From Macrostomum lignano (Eukaryota): a stretch of 64,000 bases of DNA. Of the stretch, positions 25,001-38,700 are shown piece by piece. The position numbers were made by a program, and so were the translations under genes. Below the pieces are notes generated by a model, which saw only the letters and a list, made by a program, of their open reading frames with translations, had not been told where the DNA came from and did not search any database. The first letter of the stretch is position 1; each line of letters begins with the position of its first letter. Location of the stretch: contig NIVC01003772.1 in NCBI GenBank assembly GCA_002269645.1, positions 67,627 to 131,626 of the forward strand. The letters are read 5' to 3'.

Positions 25001-28000
25001 GATTAATTGGCGCCTTTCTGACACTTGATTGATTGATTGGCGCCTTTCTGACACTTGATTGATTGATTGGCGCTGTTCTGACACTTGATTGATTGATTGG
25101 CGCCTTGCTGACACTTGGTTGATTAATTGGCGCCTTCTGACACTTGATTGATTGGTTGGCGCCTTCTGACACTTGACTAATTAATTGGCGCCGTTCTGAC
25201 ACTTGATTGATTGACTGACTGATTGGCGCCTTTCTGACACTTGATTGATTGATTGGCGCCTTTCTGAAATTTGATGGATTGATTGGCGCCTTTCTGACAC
25301 TTGATTGATTGGTTGGCGCCTTCTGACACTTGATTGATTGGTTGGCGCCGTTCTGACACTTGATTGATTGATTGGCGCCTTTCTGACACTTGATTGATTG
25401 ACTGACTGATTGGCGCCTTTCTGACACTTGATGGATTGATTGGCGCCGTTCTGACACTTGATTGATTGATTGGCGCCTTTCTGACACTTGATTAATTGAC
25501 TGACTGATTGGCGCCTTTCTGACACTTGATTGATTGATTGGCGCCTTTCTGACACTTGATTAATTGACTGACTGATTGGCGCCTTTCTGACACTTGATTG
25601 ATTGATTGGCGCCGTTCTGACACTTGATTGATTGATTGGCGCCTTGCTGACACTTGGTTGATTAATTGGCGCCTTCTGACACTTGATTGATTGGTTGGCG
25701 CCTTCTGACACTTGACTAATTAATTGGCGCCGTTCTGACACTTGATTGATTGACTGACTGATTGGCGCCTTTCTGACACTTGATTGATTGATTGGCGCCT
25801 TTCTGAAATTTGATGGATTGATTGGCGCCTTTCTGACACTTGATTGATTGGTTGGCGCCTTCTGACACTTGATTGATTGGTTGGCGCCGTTCTGACACTT
25901 GATTGATTGATTGGCGCCTTTCTGACACTTGATTGATTGACTGACTGATTGGCGCCTTTCTGACACTTGATGGATTGATTGGCGCCGTTCTGACACTTGA
26001 TTGATTGATTGGCGCCTTTCTGACACTTGATTAATTGACTGACTGATTGGCGCCTTTCTGACACTTGATTGATTGATTGGCGCCTTTCTGACACTTGATT
26101 AATTGACTGACTGATTGGCGCCTTTCTGACACTTGATTGATTGATTGGCGCCGTTCTGACACTTGATTGATTGATTGGCGCCGTTCTGAAATTTGATTGA
26201 TTGATTGGCGCCTTTCTGACACTTTATTGATTGATTGGCGCTTTTCTGACACTTGATTGATTGATTGGCGCCTTTCTGACACTTGATTGATTGATTGGCG
26301 CCGTTCTGACACTTGATTGATTGATTGGCGCCGTTCTGACACTTGATTGATTGATTGGCGCCTTTCTGAAATTTGATTGATTGATTGGCGCCTTTCTGAC
26401 ACTTTTTTGATTGATTGGCGCTTTTCTGACACTTGATTGATTGATTGGCGCCGTTCTGAAATTTGATCGATTGATTGGCGCCTTTCTGACACTTTATTGA
26501 TTGATTGGCGCTTTTCTGACACTTGATTGATTGATTGGCGCCTTTCTGACACTTGATTGATTGATTGGCGCCGTTCTGACACTTGATTGATTGATTGACG
26601 CCTTTCTGAAATTTGATTGATTGATTGGCGCCTTTCTGACACTTTATTGATTGATTGGCGCTTTTCTGACACTTGATTGATTGATTGGCGCCTTTCTGAC
26701 ACTTGACTGGTTAATTGGCGCCTTTAATGGGCGCCACCCTGAGGGACCCTGATGTCCCTGTTTGACCTTAACTACCCCATAACCCATAGTATCGGCGCTA
26801 CTGCCTTAGTCAATCACAAACAATTACAAATTTCAGTTCAAGAAGCCATCACCATTGAAGCGCTGTGCCAGTTGCGACTGTGCTTACAGAAAATTGACGC
26901 CAAAGACTTGCCAATCATTGTGACGGCACTGCAGGCAAGTTACAAGTATTTTTATATAGAAATGTTGGTCTCAGAATTCTATTTTGACTATTAATTTGTG
27001 CCGCCGAAAAGCCATTCACTCCGCTGGCTGAAGCTTTAATTAGTCACTTCGCTGTAAGTGCTAGATAATTACAGGTGGATTATTAGCCTATGTAATTAGA
27101 TATTTAGTTGATTTCACAAAAATCTTACCTAATTTGATAATTAGTAATTAGGCAGTCAGCTTAGCTAATTAGGTAATTACACAAACAGCTTAGGTAATCA
27201 GATAATTATAGAAACAGCTTAGGTGGTTAGATGGTAAGACATACAGCTTAGGTAATCAGATAATTATAGAAACAGCTTAGGTAATTAGATAATTAGACAT
27301 ACAGCTTAGGTAATTAGATAATTAGACCTACAGCTTAGATAATTAGACCTACAGCTTAGATAATTAGACCTACAGCTTAGATAATTAGACATACAGCTTA
27401 GGTAATTAGATAATTAGACATACAGCTTAGGTAATTAGATAATTAGACATACAGCTTAGATAATTAGACCTACAGCTTAGATAATTAGACCTACAGCTTA
27501 GATAATTAGACCTACAGCTTAGATAATTACACATACAGCTTAGGTAGTTAGGTAATTAGACATACAGCTTAGGTAGTTAGGTAATTAGACATACAGCTTA
27601 GGTAGTTAGGTAATTAGACAAGCAGTTTATTTAATTTGGTAATTAGTAATCAGCTTAGGTAATTATATTATTTTCAAATCTGATAATGATGAATTGTTGT
27701 ACTTTAATGATTATTAAACAGGACGGCTTAGCCAAGAAGCAGACCCAGCAACAGAGACTGCACTATCTGTGGTGCCTCCGATCCGCATTCGTCGATCATC
27801 CGGTATCCGGCCTTTTATCCAACTTGTCGGCGCTGAAGGACGCTTTGACTCGGGTCTCCGCTGTCGGCAAGCCGCCGGCTGCCGCGCTTCTGCTTCAAGC
27901 TGCCGCGCCTCTGCTTGAAGCTCTGGCCCCGTGCGAGCTGACCCTGCGATTGCACTCGGAGGGCGCCGCGCCGACCGATCTGTTCGATGCCGCTATGGCC

Positions 28001-28570
28001 GCCTGCGGCAAGCCGCACCAGCCGCCGTTGCTAAGCGACACGCTGGCCAGGGCGATTCGATTGGGCGGTGCAGCGGCTCGGTGCTGCCTGCCATCCGCTC
28101 TCGCCATCGTTGACGCCCTGCTTAGCGACTACCCGAGTCTGCCTAATGAGCCCATGTGCGCCTTCTTGTCGTCTGTGGCCACCTGCGCTAACTATGCTGA
28201 CGTGCGCTCCGATGCGCTGCGCTGCGCCAGGAGGCACCTGCAGGTCTGTCTTTCTGTCTGTGTCTGTCTGTCTGTCTGTATGTTTGTCTGTCTGTCTGTC
28301 TGTCTGCCTGTCTGTCTGTCTGTTTGTCTGTGTCTGTCTGTCTGTCATTCTGTCTGTCCGTCTGTCTGTCTGTCCCTGTCTGTCTGTCTGTCTGCCTGTC
28401 TGTCTGTCTGTCTGTTTGTCTGTGTCTGTCTGTCTGTCATTCTGTCTGTCCGTCTGTCTGTCTGTCCCTGTCTATCTGTCTGTCTGTCTGTCTGTTTGTC
28501 TGTTTGTTTGTCTGTCTGTTTGTCTGTCTGTTTGTCTGTCTGCCTGTCTGTCTGTCATTCTGTCTGCCTC

Positions 28571-28629
<59 letters not shown>

Positions 28630-28632
28630 GCC

Positions 28633-28682
<50 letters not shown>

Positions 28683-28697
28683 CCTGTCTGCCTGTCG

Positions 28698-28790
<93 letters not shown>

Positions 28791-28805
28791 CCTGTCTGCC
28801 TGTCG

Positions 28806-28849
<44 letters not shown>

Positions 28850-28856
28850 GCCTGTC

Positions 28857-28899
<43 letters not shown>

Positions 28900-28914
28900 G
28901 CCTGTCTCTGTCTC

Positions 28915-28961
<47 letters not shown>

Positions 28962-28968
28962 GCCTGTC

Positions 28969-29011
<43 letters not shown>

Positions 29012-29108
29012 GCCTGTCTCTGTCTCTCTGTCTGTCTGTCTGTCATTCTGTCTGTCTGTCTGTCTGTGTGTCTGTCTGTCTGTCTGTCTGTCTGTGTGTC
29101 TGTCTGTG

Positions 29109-29141
<33 letters not shown>

Positions 29142-29192
29142 TTCTGTCTGTCTGTCTGTCTGCCTGTCTGTCTGTCTGCCTGTCTCTGTCTC

Positions 29193-29281
<89 letters not shown>

Positions 29282-29294
29282 GTGTCTGTCTGTG

Positions 29295-29334
<40 letters not shown>

Positions 29335-29343
29335 AGTCTGTCA

Positions 29344-29377
<34 letters not shown>

Positions 29378-29378
29378 G

Positions 29379-29458
<80 letters not shown>

Positions 29459-29467
29459 AGTCTATCA

Positions 29468-29531
<64 letters not shown>

Positions 29532-29538
29532 GCCTGTC

Positions 29539-29573
<35 letters not shown>

Positions 29574-29608
29574 GCCTGTCTCTGTCTCTCTGTCTGTCTG
29601 TCTGTCAT

Positions 29609-29641
<33 letters not shown>

Positions 29642-29658
29642 GTGTCTGTCTGTCTGTG

Positions 29659-29719
<61 letters not shown>

Positions 29720-32700
29720 GCCCAGCCGTATCCCTATTCACATTCATACCTCCTCAGGGACTCACCGGCCTATCGTTTGCGCGCTCACTGCTGCTGGCCT
29801 GCAACCAGCTGCTAGTCGCCAACGCCCAGTCCGTTGCCAAAGCCTCGCCTTCCACTACCGACGCTGTTGCCGACGCTGGCCCCGCGGCGTCGGCATCGGC
29901 GGCAGACATGGGCGACGCCTTGTCGAGAGACGCAACCGACGCCTCGCCAGATACGGCAATCGCCCTGCACGACCTGATGACCGCCTTTGCCGATGTCGGC
30001 CGCGTTGGAGACTCGGCTGGGCCTGGCGATGCGAACTCGGAACTGCCGGCGCTCCTGCTGCTGCCCTGCCATCACGCCTCCGTGCGGACGCCGGACCTCT
30101 GGCGCCGGCTGCTGTTGAAGTTGTTCGCCGATACTGGCGCGAATGACGTTAATGCATCTGGCGCATGGCAACGGGTTAGTAACGGGGGGGGGTGGTAATT
30201 ATCTAGTGTCCATGCTTGTTATCTCCGTAAAATCCCAATAATTTTCCTCATGAATCCCTAATAATTATCCTAACGAAGTCCCAGAAGTTATCCCAAAAAA
30301 TATTCCAATAAAATCCCAACAGTAATCCCCATAAGATCTCAATAATTATCGCCATGAACTCCCAAATCCCAATTATCACTCCCTTAAAATCCCAACAATT
30401 ATCATAATGAAATCCCAATAATTATCCGAATGAAATCCCAATAATTATCATAATGAAATCCCAATAATTATCCGAATGAAATCCCAATAATTATCCGAAT
30501 GAAATCCCAATAATTATCCGAATGAAATCCCAATAATTATCATAATGAAATCCCAATAATTATCCGAATGAAATCCCAATAATTATGCGAATTAAATCCC
30601 AATAATTATCCGAATAAAATCCCAATAATTATCCGAATGAAATCCCAATAATTATGCGAATTAAATCCCAATAATTATCCGAATTAAATCCCAATAATTA
30701 TCCGAATGAAATCCCAATAATTATGCGAATTAAATCCCAATAATTATCCGAATTAAATCCCAATAATTATCCGAATTAAATCCCAATAATTATCCGAATG
30801 AAATCCCAATAATTATCCGAATGAAATCCCAATAATTATCCCCATTAAGTTCTAATCCAAGTTAATCCCAGTAATTATCCCCATGGAATCCCAGTACCTT
30901 TTTGTCTTTATTATCCCTAGTAGCCTGCTCTTAACGAAGCTAGATGCATCTGCCGCATGGCAACGGGATAGTAACTGGTAGTTGAAACCTACCTCATAAT
31001 GGCAGATGCCGTTAGACTTACCGGCCCTACTAAACCGCTGTTTCGATCCGCTGCTATCAGCACCTGCGTCACCTGCCAGTTCGCCTCAACCGCATCACAG
31101 GCGGGCAATAGTCACGCTAACAATGGAGTGTCCGGGATTTGCCAACTTGCTAGCCAGCCGCATCCTAGACTGTTTAACCTCTCCGGAAGTGTTTGAAGTC
31201 ACCGAACTAGAAGCTGGCATCCTGCGCACGCCAGACAATCGGGTATTCGATCTGGCCGCTCTGGATGAGTCTGCCAATAGGATTCGAGAAGAACTGGAAT
31301 CCAGCCTGCTAGGCGGTGACAGCAAGGCTGGGTCCAATGTTAAACGGGAGAACCGGCTTTACAGCTACGCTGATCAGATGGCCGAATTGGAGCTTCGCCG
31401 GGAGTTGGCCAGCAAGAAAGGCGACAAAGAGTTGCAGAAACGCTTGGCCGCGGCTATGGCTGAACAGTTATCGGCTGAGAAAGCTGTTCGAGACCGGCTG
31501 TGCGGACTTGATCGACGTGTTGACGCAGCGTTTCAGCTGCTGCTTGGCCTCATCGAAGCTATCGGTTAGGTTTGCTTCTTTGTAGCTTGCCTAGATCTTG
31601 TAGAGACTGGCGTCTAGATGTCTCTTAGAGATTGGCACCTAGATATATGAGAGATTGGCGCCTTAATATCTTAGAGATTGGCGCCTAGATAGCTTAGAGG
31701 TTGGTGCCTAGATATATTAAAGATTGGCGCTTAGATATCTTAGTTATTGGCGCCTAGATATTTTAGAGATTGGCGCCTTAATATCTTAGAGATTGGCGCT
31801 TAGATATCTTAGAGATTGGCGCCTAGATGTGATAGAGATTAATGCCTAGATCTTAGAGATTGGTGCCTAGATATCTTAGAGATTGGCGCCTAGATATCTT
31901 AGAGATTGGCGCCTTAATATCTTAGAGATTGGCGCTTAGATATCTTAGAGATTGGCGCCTAGGTGTGATAGAGATTGATGCCTAGATCTTAGAGATTGTC
32001 GCCTAGATATCTTAGGGATTGGTGCCTAGATATCTTAGAGATTGGCGCCTAGATATCTTAGAGATTGGTGCCTAGATATCTTAGAGATTGGCGCCTTGGT
32101 CTAGTAAATATTGGCTCATAGATCTTGAAGATTAGCGCCCTAGATTTGAATGAAAATTAATGGCGCCTAGATCTAAGAGATTGGCGCTCAGATCTGTGAG
32201 ACACTACATATAGGGCTTAGATTGATAAATAAGTGCCTAATAGATTTGATACGAAAGCACCTAGATGTAAAAATTGAATGCCCAGATCTTAGAGATAAGC
32301 GACTGAATATATAGATATAAAAAACCGTATGTCTAATTTAGTTTGTATTACCCCAATGTAAAAAATCTATTATTAATAAAGAATCAGTGCACCCTTGACC
32401 CCTCTCTCTACCACACTGTACACAGGTCGCACTCTAACGCAGGGCAACTCCGCAGACGAGTCGCTTTTACTTCGCCACCGCCTCGCTGACTGTCTCTCTT
32501 CTCTACTCGCTTATCCGTTAACTGCTCGTCGCGCTATAATCGCTTTCGAAGCCTTAGCAACCGTTGCTAAGGCCTCAAATTCGAATGGTTTGATCTACGC
32601 TCGAGCCCTGTTTAGTCTGTGCTCGCCAGCTGTAGGCAGAATCGGGGCCGGTTGCACCATAGACTGGATGAGCAACAACGGGGGCGCTTCGAGTTTAGTA

Positions 32701-34030
32701 GATTCGGCTTTATACCGACTAGCCAATGCCGACAGCATCGGCGAGAATGATAGTCGGCAGCCTCTGTTGGACAGTCGAACTGAAGGCGATTTCGCCGTCG
32801 CTTTGCCGTTGCTTCGCTGCGTTCTGCTGCACTCGGACGGCCGGGACTGCCAGCCGAAACGGTGCGATCTGGCTCTGACGGCTAGCGAACGGTATTGCAG
32901 ACTGGTTGGCGAGCCGCAACGATTGCCGTTGAACAGCTTCTTGCCTATGCTTGCCGGGCACCTGCCTGCGGCAAGGCCAGCTCTGCTGTTGCTGTGCGAG
33001 CGGTGCGGCGATCGGCTGACGCCAGAGTGCCTGCGTGCGCTGATGAGGTTTGCGTTCTTATATGTACGAGTAGATAGGGGAGTTTGTGATTTAATGAGGG
33101 GTTGTAGCCTAATGAGGGGTTGTAGCCTAATGAGGGGTTGTAGCCTAATGAGGGGTTGTAGCCTAATGAGGGGTTGTAGTCTAATGAGGGGTTGTAGTCT
33201 AATGAGGGGTTGTAGCCTAATGAGGGGTTGTAGCCTAATGAGGGGTTGTAGTCTAATGAGGGGTTGTAGCCTAATGAGGGGTTGTAGCCTAATGAGGGGT
33301 TGTAGTCTAATGAGGGGTTGTAGCCTAATGAGGGGCTGTAGCCTAATGAGGGGTTGTAGTCTAATGAGGGGCTGTAGCCTAATGAGGGGTTGTAGCCTAA
33401 TGAGGGGGTGTAGTCTAATGAGGGGTTGTAGCCTAATGAGGGGTTGTAGTCTAATGAGGGGTTGTAGCCTAATGAGAGGTTGTAGCCTAATGAGGGGTTG
33501 TAGTCTAATGAGGGGTTGTAGCCTAATGAGGGGTTGTAGTCTAATGAGGGGTTGTAGCCTAATGAGAGGTTGTAGCCTAATGAGAGGTTGTAGCCTAATG
33601 AGAGGTTGTAGCCTAATGAGGGGTTGTAGTCTAATGAGGGGTTGTAGTCTAATGAGGGGTTGTAGTCTAATGAGGGGTTGTAGTCTAATGAGGGGTTGTA
33701 GCCTAATAAGGGGTTGTAGCCTAATAAGGGGTTGTAGCCTAATGAGGGGTTGTAGCCTAATGAGGGGTTGTAGCCTAATGAGGGGTTGTAGCTTAATGAA
33801 GGTTTGTAGCCTTATGAAGGTTTGTAGCCTTATGAAGGGTTGTAGCCTTATGAAGGTTTGTAGCCTTATGAAGGTTTGTAGCCTTATGAAGGGTTGTAGC
33901 CTTATGAAGGGTTGTAGCCTTATGAAGGGTTGTAGCCTAATGGTTAGAGCGCGTCAGACTTACGACTGAAAGGTCGGGGGTTCGATTCTCATTAGGCTAG
34001 ATTAGTTATTTAAATGAAATTTTACCTTTC

Positions 34031-34107
<77 letters not shown>

Positions 34108-35464
34108 ACGCCTTGTACATGCTTGGTGCAGATTGAGAAGATGAAGTAGTTTATAGTTCTCATCCTCTCTGCCGCCAGCTGCATCACCGGCTCCGAGGAC
34201 CCCCTGGCAGCCCAGACCGCCCTGGAGTGCCTGGCCGGTGCCCAGCCGCTGCCTCTTGTCAAGCAGGATCAGCAGCTCCGCGTCGACCTGCTCTGTCACG
34301 TGCACCTGGCTCGTCGACATCCCGACGCCGACGTTTCAGCTCGCGCCGTCGAAGTCTGGCGCCGTCAGTTCGTCGCCGATTCTACATCGACGCCGACTGC
34401 AAATTTGTCGACAGCTCTGTCGGAATTTCATCTACGTTGTTTGGCGTCGCCACGAGCGGCCATTCGACAAGCGGCGGCCGTGGCTCTAGCGGCTCTGGCC
34501 GTCAAGCCGGATCGTAATGGCGCCGGCGCCGGCGGCAACGAGGATGACGATGGAGATGCTGAGCTCGCCGTTTTGTCGCCGAGCGAGCTGCTTCGGCAGC
34601 TGCTAGATCTGTACAAGGATCTGGCGCACCGGCCGGCCGCTGAGTTCGACCAGTTCGGCCGGATGACCCGCGACAGGCCGCCGGATCGGTGGGAAGGTCG
34701 ATCAGCCGTGGCCGCCGCGTTGGAGCAGCTGCTGCCGAAGCTGACGGTTCTGGAGACTAAAGATTTGTGCTCCAGTCTGGTTGAGTCGCTGCTCAGAGAC
34801 GAGTCGGACAAAGTGAGTAGTTTTGCCGGGAGACTGATTAGTTCAGATGAGATTTCGTTTGGAAAGGGTGAGATTTCGTTTGGATAGGGTGAGATTTCGT
34901 TTGGATAGGGTGAGTTTTCGTTTCGATAGGGTGAGATTCCGTTTGGATAGGGTGAGTTTTCGTTTCGATAGGGTGAGATTCCGTTTGAATAGGGTGAGAT
35001 TTCGTTTGGATAGGGTGAGATTTCGTAAATTGAAGCCTAACCCCAAAACCTCAACTCCACCGCTCAGGTCCGCTCCGCGATGCTGAAAATGGGCCAAAAA
35101 GCTGTTGAACTTCACGGACGAGACTGCTTAACCGAATTAGTGGCCCTGTTCGAACGATTCTTAGAAACTGCCCCGGCTACGGCCGCCTTGGATTCGGTTC
35201 GTCAGGGCGTTGTGGTGCTGCTAGGCCAGCTGGCCAGGTACCTGGATGCCGAGCGGGACCAGGCCAGGATCTGCAAGATCTTTGCCCGTCTGCTGGACAC
35301 GCTCAGCATTCCGTCTCAGAGTGTTCAGGAGGCCGTGTCCGCCTGCCTGCCGCCTCTGATGCCCGCTATGCGGAAGGACAAGGAGGTTATTGTGGAGAAA
35401 CTGCTGCTGCAGGTGCGTTCGCTGCGGGATTCTGGTTCTGTCTGTGTCCGTCTGTCTGTCTGTC

Positions 35465-35505
<41 letters not shown>

Positions 35506-35524
35506 GTCTGTCTATCTGTCTGCC

Positions 35525-35565
<41 letters not shown>

Positions 35566-35584
35566 GACTGTCTGTCTGTCTGCC

Positions 35585-35615
<31 letters not shown>

Positions 35616-35644
35616 GTGTCTGCGTATCTGCCTGTCTGTCAGCC

Positions 35645-35675
<31 letters not shown>

Positions 35676-35676
35676 G

Positions 35677-35749
<73 letters not shown>

Positions 35750-38700
35750 CAGTGCCAGTATGCAACCTGTACGCAGGATTATGTATGGATTAACCCGCCT
35801 AATCCCCACTCTCCCGCAGGCCCTAGAAGCGGACTCGTACGCGCAGCGCAAAGGCGCAGCGTACGGCCTGGCCGGAGCCACCAAAGGCCTCGGCATAGCC
35901 GTGCTGAAAGAGATTCAGGTGAACCAACGCCTACTAGACGCTATGAAAGACAAGAAAAACCCTCAGCGCAGGGAGGGCGCCCTACTGGCTCTGGAGCAGA
36001 TCTGCATTGTCTGGGGCCGCCTGTTTGAGCCCTACGTAGTCTCAATCCTGCCCAGCTTACTAATCTGTTGCGGCGACACTGTAGCCTGCGTGCGCCAAGC
36101 CGCAGATGAATGCTCAATAGCTGTGATGAGTAAGCTGAGTAATCACGGTGTTAAACTGGTCCTGCCGTCTCTATTGAGCACCCTAGCCGAAGATAACTGG
36201 CGAACTAAATGCGCCAGCGTTGACCTGCTTGGCTCAATGTCCTACTGCGCGCCGAAACAGCTGAGCGCCTGTTTGCCACAGATTGTGCCTAAACTAATGG
36301 AAGTGCTCACCGATTCGCATGTCCGAGTGCAGAAGGCTGGCGAGGAGGCTCTGGCCAAAATTGGCAAAGTTATTACTAATCAAGAGGTGAGACTGGGCGC
36401 TAATCTAATCCTGTCTGCATTGTGCTTGCTTTCAAATCCTTTCCCTCTCTCCCTCCTCGATCCCTCTCTTCCAACCCTCTCTCCCCTCGATCCCCTCTTC
36501 CAACCCTCTCTCCCCTCGATCCCCTCTTGCAACCCTCTCTCCCCTCGATCCCCCTCTTCCAACCCTCTCTCCCCTCGATCCCCTCTTGCAACCCTCTCTC
36601 CCCTCGATCCCCTCTTGCAACCCTCTCTCCCCTCGATCCCCTCTTGCAACCCTCTCTCCCCTCGATCCCCCTCTTGCAACCCTCTATCCCTTCGATCCCC
36701 CACTTGCAACCCTCTCTCCCCTCGATCCCCTCTTGCAACCCTCTCTCCCCTCGATCCCCCTCTTGCAACCCTCTCTCCCCTCGATCCCCTCTTGCAACCC
36801 TCTCTCCCCTCGATCCCCTCTTCCAACCCTCTCTCCCCTCGATCCCCCTCTTCCAACCCTCTCTCCCCTCGATCCCCCTCTTGCAACCCTCTCTCCCCTC
36901 GATCCCCTCTTGCAACCCTCTCTCCCCTCAATCCCCTCTTCCAACCCTCTCTCCCCTCGATCCCCCTCTTCCAACCCTCTCTCCCCTCGATCCCCCTCTT
37001 GCAGCCCTCTCTCCCCTCGATCCCCTCTTGCAACCCTCTCTCCCCTCAATCCCCTCTTCCAACCCTCTCTCCCCTCGATCCCCCTCTTCCAACCCTCTCT
37101 CCCCTCGATCCCCCTCTTGCAACCCTCTCTCCCCTCGATCCCCTCTTCCAACCCTCTCTCCCCTCGATCCCTCTCTTCCAACCCTCTCTCCCCTCGATCC
37201 CCCCTTCCAACCCTCTCTCCCCTCGATCCCCTCTTGCAGCCCTCTCTCCCCTCGATCCCCCTCTTCCAACCCTCTCTCCCCTCGATCCCCCTCTTCCAAC
37301 CCTCTCTCCCTTCGATCCCCTCTTGCAACCCTCTCTCCCCTCGATCCCCTCTTTCAATATTCCTCTCTTCCCATCTTTCTCTCTTCGGTCTCTTCCACCC
37401 TTCCCTCTCTTCCCTTCTTCCCCCTTCCTGTCTTCCCCTCTTCATTTCTTCCTCTCTCCTCCTCTCCCTTTCTCTCCTTCTTCCTCTCTTCGGCCTCTTC
37501 CCCTCTTCCTTTCTTCCCCTCTTCCCCTCTTCCCCTCTTCCTGTCTTCCCCTCTTCCCCTCTTCCCCTCTTGCCCTCTTCTCCTCTTCCCCCTTCCCCTT
37601 CTCTCTTTCTCTCTTTCCCTCTTCAGCATTCCCGCCGCCAAACTCTCTTCCCCAGATCCGCGACATCGTGCCGCACCTGCTGGACGCGATCCGAGACCCA
37701 GACGGTCACACCAACGCCGCGCTGCAGCGATTGCTTAGCGTTAAATTTGTTCACAAAATCGACACGGCCTCGTTGGCGCTGATCATGCCCGTGCTTGGCC
37801 GGGCGTTCCGAGACCCGGCCACGGACACTAGGAAGACTGCCGCTCTCATTGTTGGCAGCATGTACCGCCTCACTGACCGGGCCGATCTCACTCCTTATAT
37901 GGAATCTCTCATGCCGGGCCTGAAGAAGTGCCTGCTGGACCCCGTGCCCGACGTTCGCTCGGTGGCCGCTAAGGCGCTTGGCTCCATGGTTCGCGAGATG
38001 GGCGAGACCAGCTTCCAGGTAAGGCATTGGCGATGGAGTATGGATAGAATGTGATTAGGGTTGGAATAGAAGCGAGATCAGGTTAGAACTCAGAGAGAGA
38101 TTAGAGTAAAAATTAGGGCGAGATTAAAGTAGGGAATATAATGAGGTTGAAAGTATAGATTGGGGTGTGATTAGAGTAAGGATTGATGTGAGATCAGAGT
38201 GTGGATTGGGGTGAGATTGGAGTATACATTGGAGAGAGATTAGAGTGTGGATTGGGGTGAGATTGGAGTATACATTGGAGGGAGATTAGAGTGTGGATTG
38301 GGGTAAGATTTGAGTATATATTGGGGTGAGATTGGAGTGTGGATTGGATTGAGATTGGATCATGTATATTGGGGTTAGATTGGAGTATGGACTGGGGTGA
38401 GATTGGAGTGGGAATTGAGATGAGATTGTAGTATGGGTTGGGTGAGATTATAGTGTGGACTGGGTGAGATAAGAGTATATAGTGGGGAGATTAGTGTGTA
38501 GAAAGCTGGGCAAATTAGAATAGAGATCAAAGAGTGCGACAGCATATAGCACATTGTCAGATAGATATAAGAAAGCATCAAGCACCCTGCGCCCCCTCCC
38601 CTCCTAAAACCGCCGCAGGACCTGTTCCCCTGGCTGATGCGAACCCTGGTGTCGGAGGACAGTCCAATCAACAGGGCCGGCGCGGCGCAGGGCCTTTCCG

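Noticed and set aside
27150-27620. Interstitial telomere repeat
   Set aside because: Contains TTAGGT/TTAGAT within 21-30 bp units, not tandem TTAGGG
27686-30198. 600-700 aa CLSV-repeat ORFs
   Set aside because: Real GCN1 exons 8 and 9 joined through a (CTGT)n intron with canonical splice sites
32395-33969. 524-aa ORF with MRGCSL repeats
   Set aside because: GCN1 exon 11 reading on into an 18-bp intronic array
33928-33990. Functional tRNA gene (also 40697-40750 and ~6180-6240)
   Set aside because: Non-canonical anticodon loop and no 3' acceptor-stem complement; better explained as SINE heads or decayed fragments
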